A DNA stretch of 64,000 bases from Mobula hypostoma (taxonomy: Eukaryota), in contig NC_086097.1 in NCBI RefSeq assembly GCF_963921235.1, positions 232,626,001 through 232,690,000 on the forward strand, read 5' to 3'. The notes below the pieces were generated by a model, which saw only the letters and a list, made by a program, of their open reading frames with translations, was not told where the DNA came from and did not search any database. A program made the translations under genes and the position numbers. This document shows positions 48,723-63,055 of this stretch, piece by piece. Each line of letters begins with the position of its first letter. Positions within the stretch are counted from its first letter, which is position 1.

Positions 48723-50822
48723 CTACTCTTCAGAGATTGTCTGCCTGGCATCAGTGGTCGCATAACCAGGAACCGTGATATGCACCAGCTGCTCACCATT
48801 GCTTCATGTGATCCTTTGCAGGCTAGTGGAGGAAAGAATCACTTTCCTCCTCCTTTGATAGAGACATATCTTCACCCTGCCATCTGGGCCAGGTACACTG
48901 TGTTCATAAAAGATAATCCAATCTATCTAATCTGTTTAAGATTATTCATCTGGAAAGTGACAGCAGTAGTGTTACCAAAGAAGATTTACTTACCAATAAT
49001 TGATGTTGCCTGCTCCTAATTAGATCTAGATTCTAACAAGAACTAAATTCCAGAGATTAAGGTGAGAAGAGCAAGTTCCCTTAGGAAGAAAGCATCAGTT
49101 GACCAAATGTGAAATCAAGATGTCTCAGTAAAAATGAAGTTAATTGGAATTAAGGAGAAACTCAATCAAAAGTACTTGCTCCACTGACTGGAGATAGGTC
49201 TGTCTGAATGAAATGTGTGGTGTTGCTGCTGGACAACCATGGTCCAATAACTGCAGATATTCCTCATCTTGACCCTCCAAGCCTCGCCTACGCCATTGGC
49301 AAGAGGGTTCACGAATATGATACCATGCACTCCAATCACCCACACGTTATCAGCTGCAACAAGACTCAAACTTTGAGAACTTATAACTGGAAAGACAATG
49401 TGAAGAACACTCTATCTACTAATTTAAACACTGACTCCCCCACAAACGTCAGACGCTGTGTGTACCACTTCCTACTTTATAGATGTTACGGATCAGTACA
49501 TTTTGCATCTCAATGACATTATACATTCTTCAGCTGAGTCACTGAAACAAAGAACACATGGTTACTTATCCCAATTTCAAAATTCAATCCTCTTGGAAAA
49601 TAATTTGACCAATTAATACTCCAACCCATACATCATTAAATTATTATACTAATTCCATGCCACATTTGATAGGAAGAATTAAGTGTTTATGCACAGGACA
49701 TCAGTTCATGATGAAATGAGAAAAAAAGCTTTACCATTGATACTGCTGGTGGCAGGGTGTAATTTTCAGCTCACCCAGACCACGGTCAATGAAGCAGCAT
49801 GAAAGCAAAGACTAGTTTTAATCTTTTGAACTGCTTGAACTTGTAAGGCACTCCTTCCTTCTGCTAGCCTGCAAGTCACCCTTGGACAAACCAGATAAAA
49901 ATTCCAAGCATTGGTTTGCGTACCCTGGTCCCTAGTAATCCAAAGACAGGACTACTATCGAAGTAGTTTACATTTAGCTAAAAGAACATTGGCAGTAATT
50001 ACAGAAGACAAAAGCCTGTTGTTGCTGATCATCAGACGTAAATCTGTGTGACAACTGAGTAGGAGACTGCATCAAGTTTTCAATGGTATAGTGTGAATTG
50101 ATTTGTTTGAAATTGAGGGGAAAATTTCAACATCATACAATTCCAGTGTGTATTAATTCATTTTTTAAGGATTTTTTGACACAGCTGTTTCTTATTTTGT
50201 TGTTGGGATAAGGCTTCAAAATAACTTTTGCTATGTCATTTTCATCGCTCTTCTTCCATAAAATATATTTTTATTGTCTTTTGTAATAACTGCCGATGTT
50301 CTCATAGCTAAATATAAGCTGCTTTGATAGTAATCCTGTCTTCTTTGGTTTACTAGAGACCAGGGTACATAAGCCATTGCCTGGAATTTACATTATTATA
50401 TCTGGCTTGCCTGAGGGTGACCTGCAGGCTAGCAGCAGGAGCCTTACACCTCCTTTGGTAGAGACGTATCTCTACCCTGCCACCCCATTATAATTCCATT
50501 TAAAGTCAACAATTTTGCTTTACAGCCTCTATTCTTAGCATTTCTTATCAACATTAGGGGGGGCTTCTTCACGCAGTGGTGGGAGTATAGAATGAGCTGC
50601 CAGATGAGGTGGTAAATGCGGTTCTTTTTTAACATTTAAGAATAAGTTGGACAGATACATGGATGGGAGGTGTATGGAGGGATATGGTCCGTGTACAGGT
50701 CAGTGGGACTAGGCAGAAAATGGTTCGGCACAGCCAAGAAGGGCCAAAAGGCCTGTTTCTGTGCTGTAGTTTCTATGGTTTCTAACAGCACTGAGAAGAA
50801 AACCCAACATAAACGTACATAA

Positions 50823-53045
50823 CAGTGCCTTATAAAAGTGTTCATACCCTAACCCTTTCTTCACATAAATCAACTTAACTGAGATTTTTTATTTGTGAAT
50901 CACATGCTCATATTTTCACAGTAGAAACCTCCCCCCGCCCAAAAAAAAGAAAATTGTAAAGCCTGAAAATCTAAAAATTCAAAAACTGAAATGTCAGCCG
51001 TTTACAAGTATTCATCCCCCTTCTGCTCAGTACTTGGTTGAATCAGCTATAACAGCCAGTAGTCTTTTTGGGAAAGTCTCTATTAAATTGCCACAAGGTG
51101 ATGGAGCAACATTTGCCCATTCCTCCTTGCAAAATTGCACAAGCTGTGCCAGGTTAGATCGGCAGAGATGGAGGACTGCAATCTTGAGGTCCTGGCAGAG
51201 ATGCTCGATCAGGTTCAGGTCAAGTCAAGTCACTTTTTATTGTCATTTCGACCATAACTGCTGGTACAGTACACAGTAAAAACGAGGCAATGTTTTTCAG
51301 GACCATGGTGCTACATGAAACAAGACAAAAACTACACTGAACTACGTAAAACAACACAAAACTACACTAGACTACAGACCTACCCAGTACTGCATAAAGT
51401 GCACAAAACAGTGCAGGCATTACAATAAATAATAAACAAGACAATATGCAAGTAGAGGGCAATAGGTTGGTGTCAGTCCAGGCTCTGGGTATTGAGTCCG
51501 ATGACTTGGGGGAAGAAACTGTTACATAGTCTGGTTGTGAGAGCCCGAATGCTTCGGTGCCTTTTTCCAGATGGCAGGAGGGAGAAGAGTTTGTATGAGG
51601 GGTGCATGGGGTCCTTCATAATGCTGTTTGCTTTACGGATGCAGCGTGTGGTGTAAATGTCTGTGATGGCGGGAAGAGAGACCCTGATGATCTTCTCAGC
51701 AGATCTCTCTATCCACTGCAGGGTCTTGCGATCCGAGATGGTTCAATTTCCGAACCAGGCAGTGATGCAGCTACTCAGGATGCTCTCGATACATCCTCTG
51801 TAGAATGTGGTGAGGATGGGGGGTGAGAGATGGACCTTCCTCGGCCTTTGCAGAAAGTAGAGACGCTGCTGGGCTTTCTTTGCTATGGAGCTGGGGTTGA
51901 GGGACTAGGTGAGATTCTCCGCCAGGTGAACACCAAGAAATTTGGTGCTCTTAACAATCTCTACAGAGGAGCCGTCGATGTTCAGCGGAGAGAGGTCGCT
52001 CCGTGTCCTCCTGAAGCCAACAACCATCACTTTTTTTGTTCACATTCAGAGACAGGTTAAGGTCAGTACTCTGACTGAGCCACACATGGACATCAATTTT
52101 TTTTCATTGGAAGCCACTCCCTGCTTGTTCTGGCAGTGTGCTTTGGGTCATTGTCCTGCTGAAAGACAAACTTCCTTTCCAGTTTAAGTTTTCTGACAGA
52201 GACTAGCAGGTATTTATCCAGGATCTCTCTGTATATAGCAGCATTCATCTTCCCACCAATCCTGACCGAATTTTCAGTTCTTGCTGCTGAAAAGCATCCC
52301 CATAGCATAATGCTACCTCCACCATACTTTAGCAGGGATGGTGTTACTCGGCTGTTGTGCAGTATTAGACTTTCGCCCCACATACCAGTTAGTATTGAGA
52401 CCAAAAAATTACACTTTCGTCCTCATCTGACCACAGGAGCTTCTTCCACATCTTTACGGTGTCTTCTAAGTGACGTTTTCAGTGACTTCGTTTAGAGGGA
52501 CGGCCTGACCTAGGCAGTGTGGCTGTGGTTTCATATTTTTTCCACTTTGATATGATAGACCACACTGAGCTCTGAAGTATGTTCAGTGCGTTTGAGTTGG
52601 TCTGGTATTCTTCCCCAGATTTGTACTTGTCCATTGACGTACTTCCCTGACTTGTCTTGAATGCTCTTTTGTCATTTTGGTTTGGTCTGTTGAAAACGTA
52701 CCATACTGTTCGACCTTACAGAGAGAGGGTATTTATTCAGGTGATCCTCCAATTTTCTACATCAACATATTGGGTGAGTTGGGACAGTAATATACAGTAT
52801 ATTTCACCTGAGGAAAGTTAGCACAGTAGTTTCAAAGGAGAGGAATACTGTTTCAGCCTCTCAATTTTGATTTTTAATTTTTAGCAAGTTGTAGACGGGT
52901 ATTAGAATTTTTCTTTTGATTTGACATGATGAATGATGTTTTGTAGATAAGATAAAAAAAAATCTTACTTCAATATATTTTAAATTTGAACAGAGAGTAA
53001 AATGTGAAATTAGTTGAGTGCTGAATACTTTTTCCAGTCACAGTT
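50823..53045 (-). mobile_element. Tc1/mariner DNA transposon, inactive, interrupted by Rex1
   Basis: ORF 52093-52404 KYGGGSIMLWGCFS...FQQDNDPKHT belongs to a Tc1 DDE domain. Left end cagtgccttataaaagtgttcatacc; decayed right end gaatactttttccagtcacag. Confidence 0.85.
51223..52052 (-). mobile_element. Rex1-type LINE 3' part nested in Tc1
   Basis: (cttga)n tail; flanking repeat caggtt(c/a)aggtca at 51210-51222 and 52053-52065. Confidence 0.8.
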
Positions 53046-53944
53046 CATGTAAAATTAGGATTTGAGGAACTCCTATATTTCGAAGAAGAACACTTGCCTG
53101 ATTTCTAATTTCCCATAATTTCTGAATTTATTGATTAATTAATTTGTTTGTTTAAAGATAGATTAACAGACCTTTTTCACCCACTTAGATAAAACTAATA
53201 ATATATATCAGAATTTAATAAATGCATTTAGAGGACTGAATTAAATTTATACAGAAAAGTGATTAATATTAAACCAATGTGAAGCTCACTATGTTCAATT
53301 GCAGACAAAAAGAAATGAATTACTTCTCAAAACATTTCAAGCACTAACCTTGAGTTTTTAAAACTGAAGAGAATTCTATGAATATCTGGGTAAAAAAAAT
53401 TAATTTAAAAGAAGCTTAGCAATATGGAAAAAGTCTTTCAACTCTTAATATTAAAGAACTAAATATATCAGATCATTACTGCTACTGTAATTAAAATGTT
53501 AGATCTCAGCAATGTAATTGTACCTACTGTTCCTTAATGCATATTGAATGTATCATTTTCCTATCATGGATGAGGCCAATTTTTATGCAGCAGTGCATTG
53601 TGCTGAATCTTATATTTCCAAGCCAAATACTGAAAGGTGCAGAACTAGAAGAACTTAAGGACATACAAGTGGTGAGAAAAAAAAAGGTGTTTGGAGATGG
53701 ATTTATCTGTGGTCAAGAAATTGTAGTAAAGAAGCCAATACAGATGACCATATCCACATGGTGGTTATGACTATGCATAGAAGGTTTAATATATAGAAAG
53801 GGAGAAGTGAGAGCAGTAAACCCAGGCGACCAGCTGGCAGGAACATTTCAGTCTAGAATGAGTCATTGCTGAATATATTCCTGTTGTAGATATTCTCTGA
53901 GAAATCTGGGCTAAATCATCATTACTCACAAGAACAATTATGAT

Positions 53945-55010
53945 AGGAATCAGAATCAGGTTTAATATCACTGACACGTCATGAAATTTGGTATTTTTCT
54001 GCAGCAGTACACATTGCAATACATGATTTCAAAAGCTATAAATTACAATAGGTATATATAAAAAATTAAGTAATGCGAAAAGAGAGAAATACTGAAGTAA
54101 TGTTCATGGATTCATTGTCTATTCAGAAATCTGATGGTGGAGGGAAAGGAGCTGCTCCTGAAATGTTGAATGTGTACCTTCATCCTTGATGGTAGCAATG
54201 AGAGGAGGGCATGTCCTGGGTGATGGGATGCCATCGTTTTGAGGCATCGCCTTTTGAACGTGCCTGGATGCTGGGGAAGTTAGTGCAGAGGGAGCTACAG
54301 AGGCCCAGATTTTAGAGCTTGTTGATTAATACTGAGGGTATGATGATGAATTGTGATCTGTAATCAATAAGCAGCAGCCTGACATACAACAGGTATTACT
54401 ATTGTGCGGGTGATCCAAGGTCAAGTGGCAAGACAGTGAGATTGCATCCGCTGTAGATCTATTGTGGCGATAGGCAAATTGCAGCAGGTCCAGGACCTTG
54501 CTTAGGCAAGAGTTGATTCTGGCCATAACCAAACTGTCAAAGCACTTCATCACCGTAGATGTGAGTGCTTCTGGGCAATAGCCATTGAAGTAGCTCACCC
54601 TGCTCCTCCTGGGCACTGGTATGATTGTCTCCCTTTTGAAGCAGGCGGGAAACTGTGACTCTCAGCAGTAAGAGATTGAAGATGCACTTGAAGACACTCA
54701 CCAGTTGGTTGGCATAGGTTTTCAGAGCCCTACCAGGTATACAATCAGGGCCTGATGCCTTGTGAGGGTTCACCCTGTTGACATTCTGATACCAGCCTCT
54801 AGGACAGAGATCCTCAGGGATTTGCGCAGGTGTAGTTTTATTCTCCCCTTTTAAAGTGTGCACAAAAGGTGTTGAGTTCATCTGGTGTGAAGCATCACAG
54901 CCATTTGTGAGGTTAGGTTTCGTTTTGTAGGACGTAATGGCCTGCAGATCCTGCCAGAGCTAACATGCTTCCGATTCTGTCTCTAACCTCAATCAGAATT
55001 GATTTTCAAC
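53945..55010 (-). mobile_element. Rex1 LINE, degenerate
   Basis: VNPHKASGPDCIPGRALK, ALTSTVMKCF, LQFAYRHNRSTADAI; (attctg)n tail. Confidence 0.82.
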
Positions 55011-55479
55011 CGTTAAAAGCCTAAATAAATAGGGTTGGGTTACAGAATAAATTTACAAAGTCTGAAACACAAGAGGAAATGACCTGCTTTTATGTAATGA
55101 CTTTCACCTCCTTTTGAAAACGTCTCAGATAGAAGAACTTCCGACGTGCAGCCGCCACTACAATAGAGAAAATGAATATGCACTTGGCACACAGTAAAGC
55201 AATCTGTTTACTTTATTGATATTGAGAGATAAATATTGGCCTGAACTTGGAAAATAACCATTTTCACAGAGGTCAGATACCTCAACACTAATCAAATAAG
55301 GGTCTCGTTCCGTCAGTCTAAGAATAGAAAGAATCTCAATGCCATATGAATATAATTTTATATCTTGTGCTTTGCCAGGCAATGAAAGTTTATTGTCCTC
55401 CTTTCCACCAGGAATACAGACGTATTTTCCCTGGCATTTGTTACCACATCTACTTGGCACATTTGGTAATTCCTGTAGG

Positions 55480-56392
55480 AAAATTGGTCAAATTTATAAA
55501 TGACCTGGAAGAGGAAGTAGAAGAGTGGGATAGTAAGTTTGCTGATGACACAAAAGTTAGGGGTGTTGTGGATAGTCTGGAAGGTTGTTAGAGGTTACAG
55601 AGCAACATCGATAGGATGCAGAACTGGTAGTCAAATTTGAAGACAGAATACAGTATTAATGGTAAGACTCTCGGCAGTGTGGAGAATCAGTGAGATCTTG
55701 GGGTCCATGTCCATAGGACACTCAAAGCTGCTGTGCAGGTTGACAGTGTTGTTAAGAAAGTGTATGGTGTGTTGGCCTGCATCAATCATGGGATTGACTG
55801 CAAGAACTGTGAGGTAATGTTACAGCTGTAACAGTAGTTAGACCCCACTTTGAGTACTGTGTTCAGTTCTGGTTACCTCATTACAGAAAGGATGTGAATG
55901 CTATAGAGATAGTGCAGAGGAGACTTGCAAGGATGTTGCCTGGATTAAAGAGCATGCCTTATGAGAATAGGTTGAGTAAGCTTGGCCTTTTTTCCTTGGA
56001 GCATTGGAGGATGAGAGGCGACATGATAGAGGCATATAAGATGATGAGAGGCATTGATCATGTGGATAACCAGAGGCTTTTTCCAACAGCTGAAATGGCT
56101 AACACAATGGGGCATAATTTTAAAGTGCCTGGAAGTAGGTACAAGGGGGATGTCAGAGGTAAGTTTTTAAACAGAGAGTGGTGAGTGCATAGAATACACT
56201 GCCAGCAAGGGTGGTAGAGGCGGATACAATAGGGTCTTTTAACAGACTTAAATCGGTGCATGGAGCTTAGAAAAATAGAGAGCTGTGCAGTAGGAAAATT
56301 CTAGGCAGTCACTAGAGTAGGCTACATGGTCAGCACAACATTGTGGGCTGAAGGGCCTGTAATGTGCTGTAGATTTCTATGTTCTATGTTCA
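55480..56392 (+). mobile_element. CR1 3' portion, degenerate
   Basis: INDLEE...SKFADDTK, VQRRLARMLPG, RGDMIEAYK; (ttctatg)n tail. Confidence 0.85.
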
Positions 56393-56957
56393 AATCCTTT
56401 CTTAGGATTGCATTGGATGGCATGGCTCTGAACAGTTTGCTCTTAGAGATGGGGAGATGGGTTCTCTATCATGCTCTTAATTGGGTCTAAATGAAAGCCC
56501 TCAAAATAATAACCAACACAAGCATATTGCGTCAATTGTCAACTCTTTGAAAAGAATTGCAAGGGTGGTGGTGAAGAATAATCTGACAGAGGCATTCAAG
56601 AGGCCCATGCATGTGCAGGAAATGAAAGTATGTAAACATTTTTCTGGCAGAAGGGGTTAATTTAGTTGGGCATTTGATTACTGACTCAGTTTGTTCAGCA
56701 CAACATCACCAATTGAAGGGCCTGTTCTGTTCTATAATCTATGTTCTAGATTCTATTTTCCAAAACCCTACATATTCAACAATGGTAAGCTCCATTGAAA
56801 CACGTTCCAGTAAGCATAACAGAATTCAAAGTTTATTAAAAAAAAAATCATAGTACTTTCCACAATCAATCCATGTCAGTTACGTTGCCTTGCTCCCCCT
56901 CATCTTTGGTGAACTTAACGATTTAATTGGTTGGAACAAGACATATTTTGATTAATT

Positions 56958-58870
56958 TAGAATCAGAATCAAGTTTAGTATCACCGGCACAAGCCGATGT
57001 TTGGCTCTTTTACCAATTAAAGCTTCCATTGTTTGCTGACCAAAACAACGAGGATGATTGAAACATCGAAGTGGGTGCAGAGGGCGAGCACCGGCTGCCT
57101 GTCTTCTGATCGTTCTCTTACGCTTTCAGTCAGGGGAGAGCCTGCCGCTGTGGAGAGTGTTGCCCGAGTTTTTTCGCATTTTGGATGTGGACTTGACTAT
57201 AAAATCTTTTTCTCACTCTTATAGTTTTTAAGCTCTGTTTTTTTTCACCCAATCTTCTTGTTTTATTTTGTGTGGGGAGGAGGGATTTGGGTGTCAATGT
57301 GCCTGTTTCATTCTTTTTTTTCAGGAAGGTGGGATTTGGGGGGGATTGATGATCGTGCAGCTTTTCTTTTCTTTCTTGGTTTCATAGCTATCCAGAGAAT
57401 TGAAGAATTTCAGTGTTGTACACTTTGATAAGAAAATGAACCTTTCAACCTTTGATATATCATGAAATTTGTTAACTTATCGGCAGCAGTACAATGCAAT
57501 ACATGATAACAGAAAAAAAACAAGTAAATCAATTATAGTAAGCATATATATGTATATTAAATAGTTAAATTAAAAAAGTGCAAAATCAGAAATAATACAA
57601 GTGAGGTCGTGTTCATAGGTTCAATGTCCATTTAGGAATTGAATGGCAGAGGGGAAGAAGCTTTTCCTGAGTTGCTGAGTATGTGCCTTCAGGCTCCTGT
57701 ACCTCCTTCCTGATGGTAACAAAGGGAAGAGGGCATGTCTTGGGTGATTAGGGGTCTTTAATAATGGATGTCGCCTTTCTGAGGCACTGCTCCTTGAAAG
57801 TGTCTTGGATACTACGGACGCTAATACCCATGATGGAGCTGACTAATTTTACAACTTTCTGTAGCTTCATGAGTTCCTGTGCAGTAGCCCAGCCCCCTGT
57901 ACCAGACAGCAATTCAGCCTAGCAGAATGCTCTCCACGGTACATCTGAAGAAGTTTTTGAGTGTCTTAGGTGATCAACCAAATCTCTTCAAACTCCTCAT
58001 GAAATGTAGCTGCCGTGTTGCCTTCTTTATAACTACATCGATATGTTGGGTCCAGGTTAGATCCTCAGAGATATTGACACCTAGGAACTTGAAATTGCTC
58101 TCTCTCCCCACTCCTGAACCCTCTATGAGGAATGGTATGTGTTCCTTCATCTCACCCTTCCTGAAGCCAATGATCAGCTCTTTGGTCTTACTGACATTGA
58201 ATGCCAGGTTGTTGCTACCCTCAATTAGCTGGTATATCTTATTCTGTGTGTTGGGGCATGGCCAAGTGGTTAAGGCATCGGTCTCATGACCTGAAGGTCG
58301 CTAGTTCGAGCCTCAGCTGAGGCAACCACACATTGCTCTGCGACGACACCGGTGCCAAGCTGTATCGGCCCTAGTGCCCTTCGGTGGCGTAGAGAGGGGA
58401 GACTTGCAGCATGGGCAACTGCCAGTCTTCTATACAACCTTGCCCAGGCCTGCGCCCTGGAAACCTTCCAAGGTGCAAATCCATGGTCTCACGAGACTAA
58501 CGGATGCCTATATATATCTTAATCTGGACACCCTCTCATCGCTATCTGAGATTTTACCAACAATGGTTGGCAATCAGCAAATTTAAAGATGGTTTTTGAA
58601 CTATGCCTAGCCACAAAGTATAGAGAGATGGTTGAGCAGTGGGCTAAGCACATACCCCTGAAGAGCACCAATGTTGATTGTCAGCAAGGAGGAGATATTA
58701 GTACCAATCTGCTCAGATTGTGTTCTTCCAGTTAGAGAGTCGAGGATCCAGGTGTAGAGGGAGGTACAGAGGCCTAGGTTCTGTAGCTTATCAGTCAGGA
58801 CTGTGGGAATGACGGTGTTAAACGCTGAGCTATAGTCAATGAACAGCATCCTGACATAGGTGTTTGTATT
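56958..58870 (-). mobile_element. Rex1 LINE with nested non-coding element (~56992-57454, +) and SINE
   Basis: ORF 58607-58849 [18 protein letters not shown]; tail reads agaatcagaatcaagttt on the plus strand. Confidence 0.8.
58246..58517 (+). mobile_element. Near-complete tRNA SINE with RTE-like tail
   Basis: A-box TGGCCAAGTGG, B-box GTTCGAGCC, 3' end ccatggtctcacgagactaacggatgcc followed by (ta)n. Confidence 0.8.
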
Positions 58871-59114
58871 TTCATCTTTTTTTTATTGAAAACATTTGGA
58901 AATAATCTTCACGGCTATAAATTTGGACAGTCCATGGTAAAGCTGATAGATATACAACTCCATATGGAAATGATTTATTATCCATAAAAAGACACCTGTG
59001 CTGAGTCTGGATAATGTTAGAGCAGCTGGATGTGAAGTTGGACATCTGTGGTACTTAAAAATAACCCATTTTGATATAAACTTATTTCCTTTCATATTCT
59101 CCAAATATACATCA

Positions 59115-59740
59115 TAATCAGGTTTAAGATCACCTGCATATGTTGTGAAATTTGTTGTCTTTGCAGTACAATGTAATACATAACAATAGAAAACAATGTA
59201 AATTATAGTCAGTAAGTATATTAAGTAGTTAAATTAAATACGTAGTGGAAAAATAGAAATGAACAAGTAGTGAAGTAGGGTTCATGGGTTTAATGTCCAC
59301 TCAGAAATCAGATGGCAATGGGGAAGAAGCTGTTCCTGAATTGCTGAATGTGTGCCTTCAGCCTTCTGTACCTGCTCCTGATGGTAACAATGAGAACAAG
59401 ACATAACCTGGGTAATGGGGATTTTTAATGACGGAGGCCACCTTTTTGAAGCATCACTCTATGAAAATGTCCTGGATACTACAGAGCCTGTGATGGAGCT
59501 GACTAAGTTTACAACTCTCTGCAGCTTATTCCGATCCTGTGTAGTAGCCCCCTCCCCGCCCCCACCACACACCCATGCCAGACGGTGGTGCAGCCAGTTA
59601 GAATGCTCTCCAAGGTACATCTGTAGAAATTTGCAAGTGTCTTTGGTTACACACCAAATCTCCTCAAACTCCTCATGAAATATAGCCACTGTCATGCTTT
59701 CTTTGTAGCTGTATTGATATGTTGGGCCCAGGACAGATTT
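59115..59740 (-). mobile_element. Rex1 3' fragment
   Basis: QDRNKLQRVVNLVSSITG; the 3' UTR resembles 57460-57800. Confidence 0.75.
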
Positions 59741-61389
59741 ATGATGCCAACTATTGCAAGAAATAGTCGAGGCGAATAATTTATCTATTGCACTGTACAT
59801 GTCGTGCATTTCTTTGTTACTAAAGCACAAATGCAAATACAATATATTTTACATAGGTAAATTGATGCAAAATATATTTCATAGAACCATAGAAACTACA
59901 GCACAGAAACAGGCCTTTTGGCCCTTATTGGCTGTGCCGAACCATTTTCTGCCTAGTCCCACTGACCTGCACACGGACCATATCCCTCCATACACCTCCC
60001 ATCCATGTATCTGTTCAATTTATTCTTAAATGTTAATAAAGAACCTGCATTTACCACCTCGTCTGGCAGCTCATTCCATATTCCCACCACTCTCTGAAGA
60101 AGCCCCCCCCTAATGTTCCCTTTAAACTTCCCCCCCCCCTCACCCTTAACCCATGTCCTCTGGTTTTTTTTCTCCCCTTGCCTCAGTGGAAAAAGCCTGC
60201 TTGCATTCACAATAGACATTATGAACAAGTATGGTGCTGAATCTCCATTTAGAAATTATAATGTGCATGATTCATATGGCCAAGTGACTCGTATCATTTT
60301 AACATTTGTTTTATTGTCTGCTGATTCTAAAATCAGAATGCCAAAAGATCAAAAAGATAAAAGCCAGAGGTAAAGAAGCAAACTCTTATCTAATCCAATA
60401 AATATAGGGGGGGGGTAGATTTCACCCATACTCAGCACGCCAAACCCTGAGGGTAGCTCCTGGCCTTGGTCCTGAATATTTATGGCATGCTGCTTTATTA
60501 CACAAAAGCAAGCTGCAACTGTTGCGCTTCGCTTCGCTTCCCTCTATAATAAATCTCCATTATATGTGGGCCCTGCCTCTACATTATATTCTGAATGTGT
60601 GTTTGGGAATTGAATGCTAGTTAAATACCTTCTTTGTGTTCACTAAAATTAGAGGGAGATCGCCCTGCTAGAGATCAAAGGCAGGTTTGTCAAAGACTTC
60701 AGCTGCACGGTAATAAAAAAATTATTCTGCGCTGGGTAAGAAGATTACTTTTGGTTACACCCTGGGTGCCCAGCAAACTGAAGAACTTCACAACAGATGA
60801 TTGGTAACAGAGCTCCAGAAAACATTGATCCACTCAGTTTCTCCTCATAAGGTGGCCTCTTCCCTCAGGATTCAATCTTTGAACGTTTTATCTACCCACT
60901 GTAAGGAAAATATATCTGTCATGATGGAAGGAGCTCAAAGCAGCCTGAGGGCACAAAGCCCTTGTAATTGTAGGAAGACTTCCACATTCTTCCATTTCAA
61001 TCCCCTTGGCATAAACAGTCAATATGATGTTTGCTTTCCTGACTGCATGCTGGACCAGAATTGTAACTATAGGCGATCTCTTCACAAGGACCAAATTTCT
61101 CCGAATATTAACATTTACTTATCTCCTGTTACCTAAGAGGATAATTTTTCATTTCCTCACATACACAACTTGCTAGTTTCATCCGTCTCATCCCTCTGCA
61201 GTTTGCTTTCACACTTAAATGCTGCGTTACACGTGAACATGCATTCGTTACAGTCCGTCCCATATCTCATCACTGAGAAAGTATGAAGCTGTAGCTCAGA
61301 ACTGTAGAGGCAGGCACTTCAGCCTAGAAATTGGACCTGTTTGCACTCAGTTTTATGCATCAAATGTGGGGAAAAAAAAAGGATGTACA

Positions 61390-63055
61390 TGTTCAGGAGC
61401 GGGAAACCAGAGGTCCATGAGCCAGTCCTCATTGGAGGTTCAGAGGTGGGGAGAACTTTAAATTCCTCAGTGTTACCATTTCAGAGGATCTGACCTGGAC
61501 TCAGCATGTAAATCCAATCGCGACGAAAGCACGGCAGTGCCTCTACTTCCTGAGAAGTCTGCAGAGATCTGGCACGTCATCAAGAACTCTGACAAACTTC
61601 TATAGATGTGTAGCTGAGAGTGCATCGACAGGCTGCATCACCAGCTGGTGAGGACAATCTGACAAAAGGTAGCCGATTCGGCCCGGCTAACCACAGGTAA
61701 AACCCTCCCATATTGAGTGCATCGTAGGAAAGCAGCATCCATCATGATCCTCACCACCCAGGCCATGCTCTTTCCTTGCTGCAGCCACCATTAGGCAAAA
61801 GACACAAGAGCCTGAGGACTCGTACCACCAGGTTCAGGAACAGTTACTACCCCTCAACCATCAGGCTCTTGAACAAAAGGGGGATAACTACACTCGCTTG
61901 CCCCATCATTGAGATGCTCCCACAAACAATGATCTCACTTTAAGGATTCTTTACCTCATGGTCTTGTTATTTATTGCTATTTATTAATATTTGCATCTGC
62001 ATAGTTTGCTGTTTTCTGCACACTGGTTGCTCTTTCACTGATCCTGTTATAGTTACTGTGACAAGAATACACATAGATTAAGATGTAGCTGTCCTGTGCT
62101 GGCACCAGTGGGATCAGCAGTTGGTCTGCCACCTGTCTTCAGGAGAGAGAGAGATAAGGAAAACAATGGAGCAGCATTTGGAGATGTGTAATGAAGGGAC
62201 GGGAGAGAGAGTAACAGAAGGAGAGGGCTGTCAAGAGCGGCTGCCCCTTTGAACCTTGAACTGTTTGAAGTGATGGATAGGCGATACCCCAGCAGGGGGA
62301 TAAAACGGGAATGGTTCGCTAAGGCAAGACACACATGACACCCGAGGTAATGAGACCCTGGAAGCGGTGCGCCTTTCACAAGTCGGTGGAAAGCTGTTGG
62401 ACGGCTGATCGCGGGATCAAGCCATAGACGCTCAGGGTGGAAAGGCACGATCGGCGGGAACTTGGTGTGTGTCCACCCTTGCCTGGGTGCCAGGTTCACC
62501 GCAGAGAAACGATCGTGTCTGGAGACGGAGGGGTCGCGGTTGGTGACTTCAGATGACATCACAAAGGACTCGCCCGAAAGCTGACTGCGAAGGTCTGTGT
62601 GGAAAGCTTGAATATTCATTCATTTTTGCTCTCTCTCTCCTTCCCCCACACTGTCCACCTCCCACGGCAGCGATTACTGCGAACTGAACTGAACTAAATT
62701 GAACTGAACTTTGCGTCACTTTGAAACTGGTCATTTACCCCTAGACAACGATAGAGCTTGATTGATCCTGTTATCTTAATTCTGTGCACATGTGTGTTTA
62801 TCATTGCTGAACTGTTGCATTTATTATCCTTTTGATTAGAGTACTGTGTTGCTTGTTTCTTTAATAAAACTTTCTTAGTTCTAGTAATCCAGACTCCAAC
62901 TGAGTGATCCATTTCTGCTGGTTTGGCAACCCAGTTACGGGGTACGTAACATTACTATCCTATAGATTTGCTGAGTATGCCCACAGAAAAGTGAACCTCA
63001 GGGTTGTATATGGTGATATGTCTGTACTTTAATAATAAAATTACTTTGAACCTTA
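61390..63055 (+). mobile_element. Rex1 3' portion hosting a solo LTR; another tail copy at ~63370-63675
   Basis: Collinear with 1150-2124 (aaaccagaggtccatgagccagtcc...gttactacccctcaaccatc...aataaaattactttgaac). Confidence 0.82.
62057..62951 (+). mobile_element. Solo LTR (895 bp), Gypsy-like
   Basis: TGTGAC...GTAACA termini, 4-bp TSD ttac (62053-62056, 62952-62955), AATAAA at ~62863. The empty site gttatagttactat is seen in the paralogous Rex tail at ~63577. Confidence 0.88.

Noticed and set aside
49150..49400. Possible upstream SYBU exon
   Set aside because: None of the frames resembles the SYBU N-terminus and I found no good phase-1 donor.
58250..58325. tRNA gene calls from A/B boxes (also 4770-4845 and 6725-6790)
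   Set aside because: These are SINE heads that continue into SINE bodies; no proper cloverleaf.
62053..62619. 188-aa minus-strand ORF
   Set aside because: Lies within a solo LTR and has no recognisable domain.
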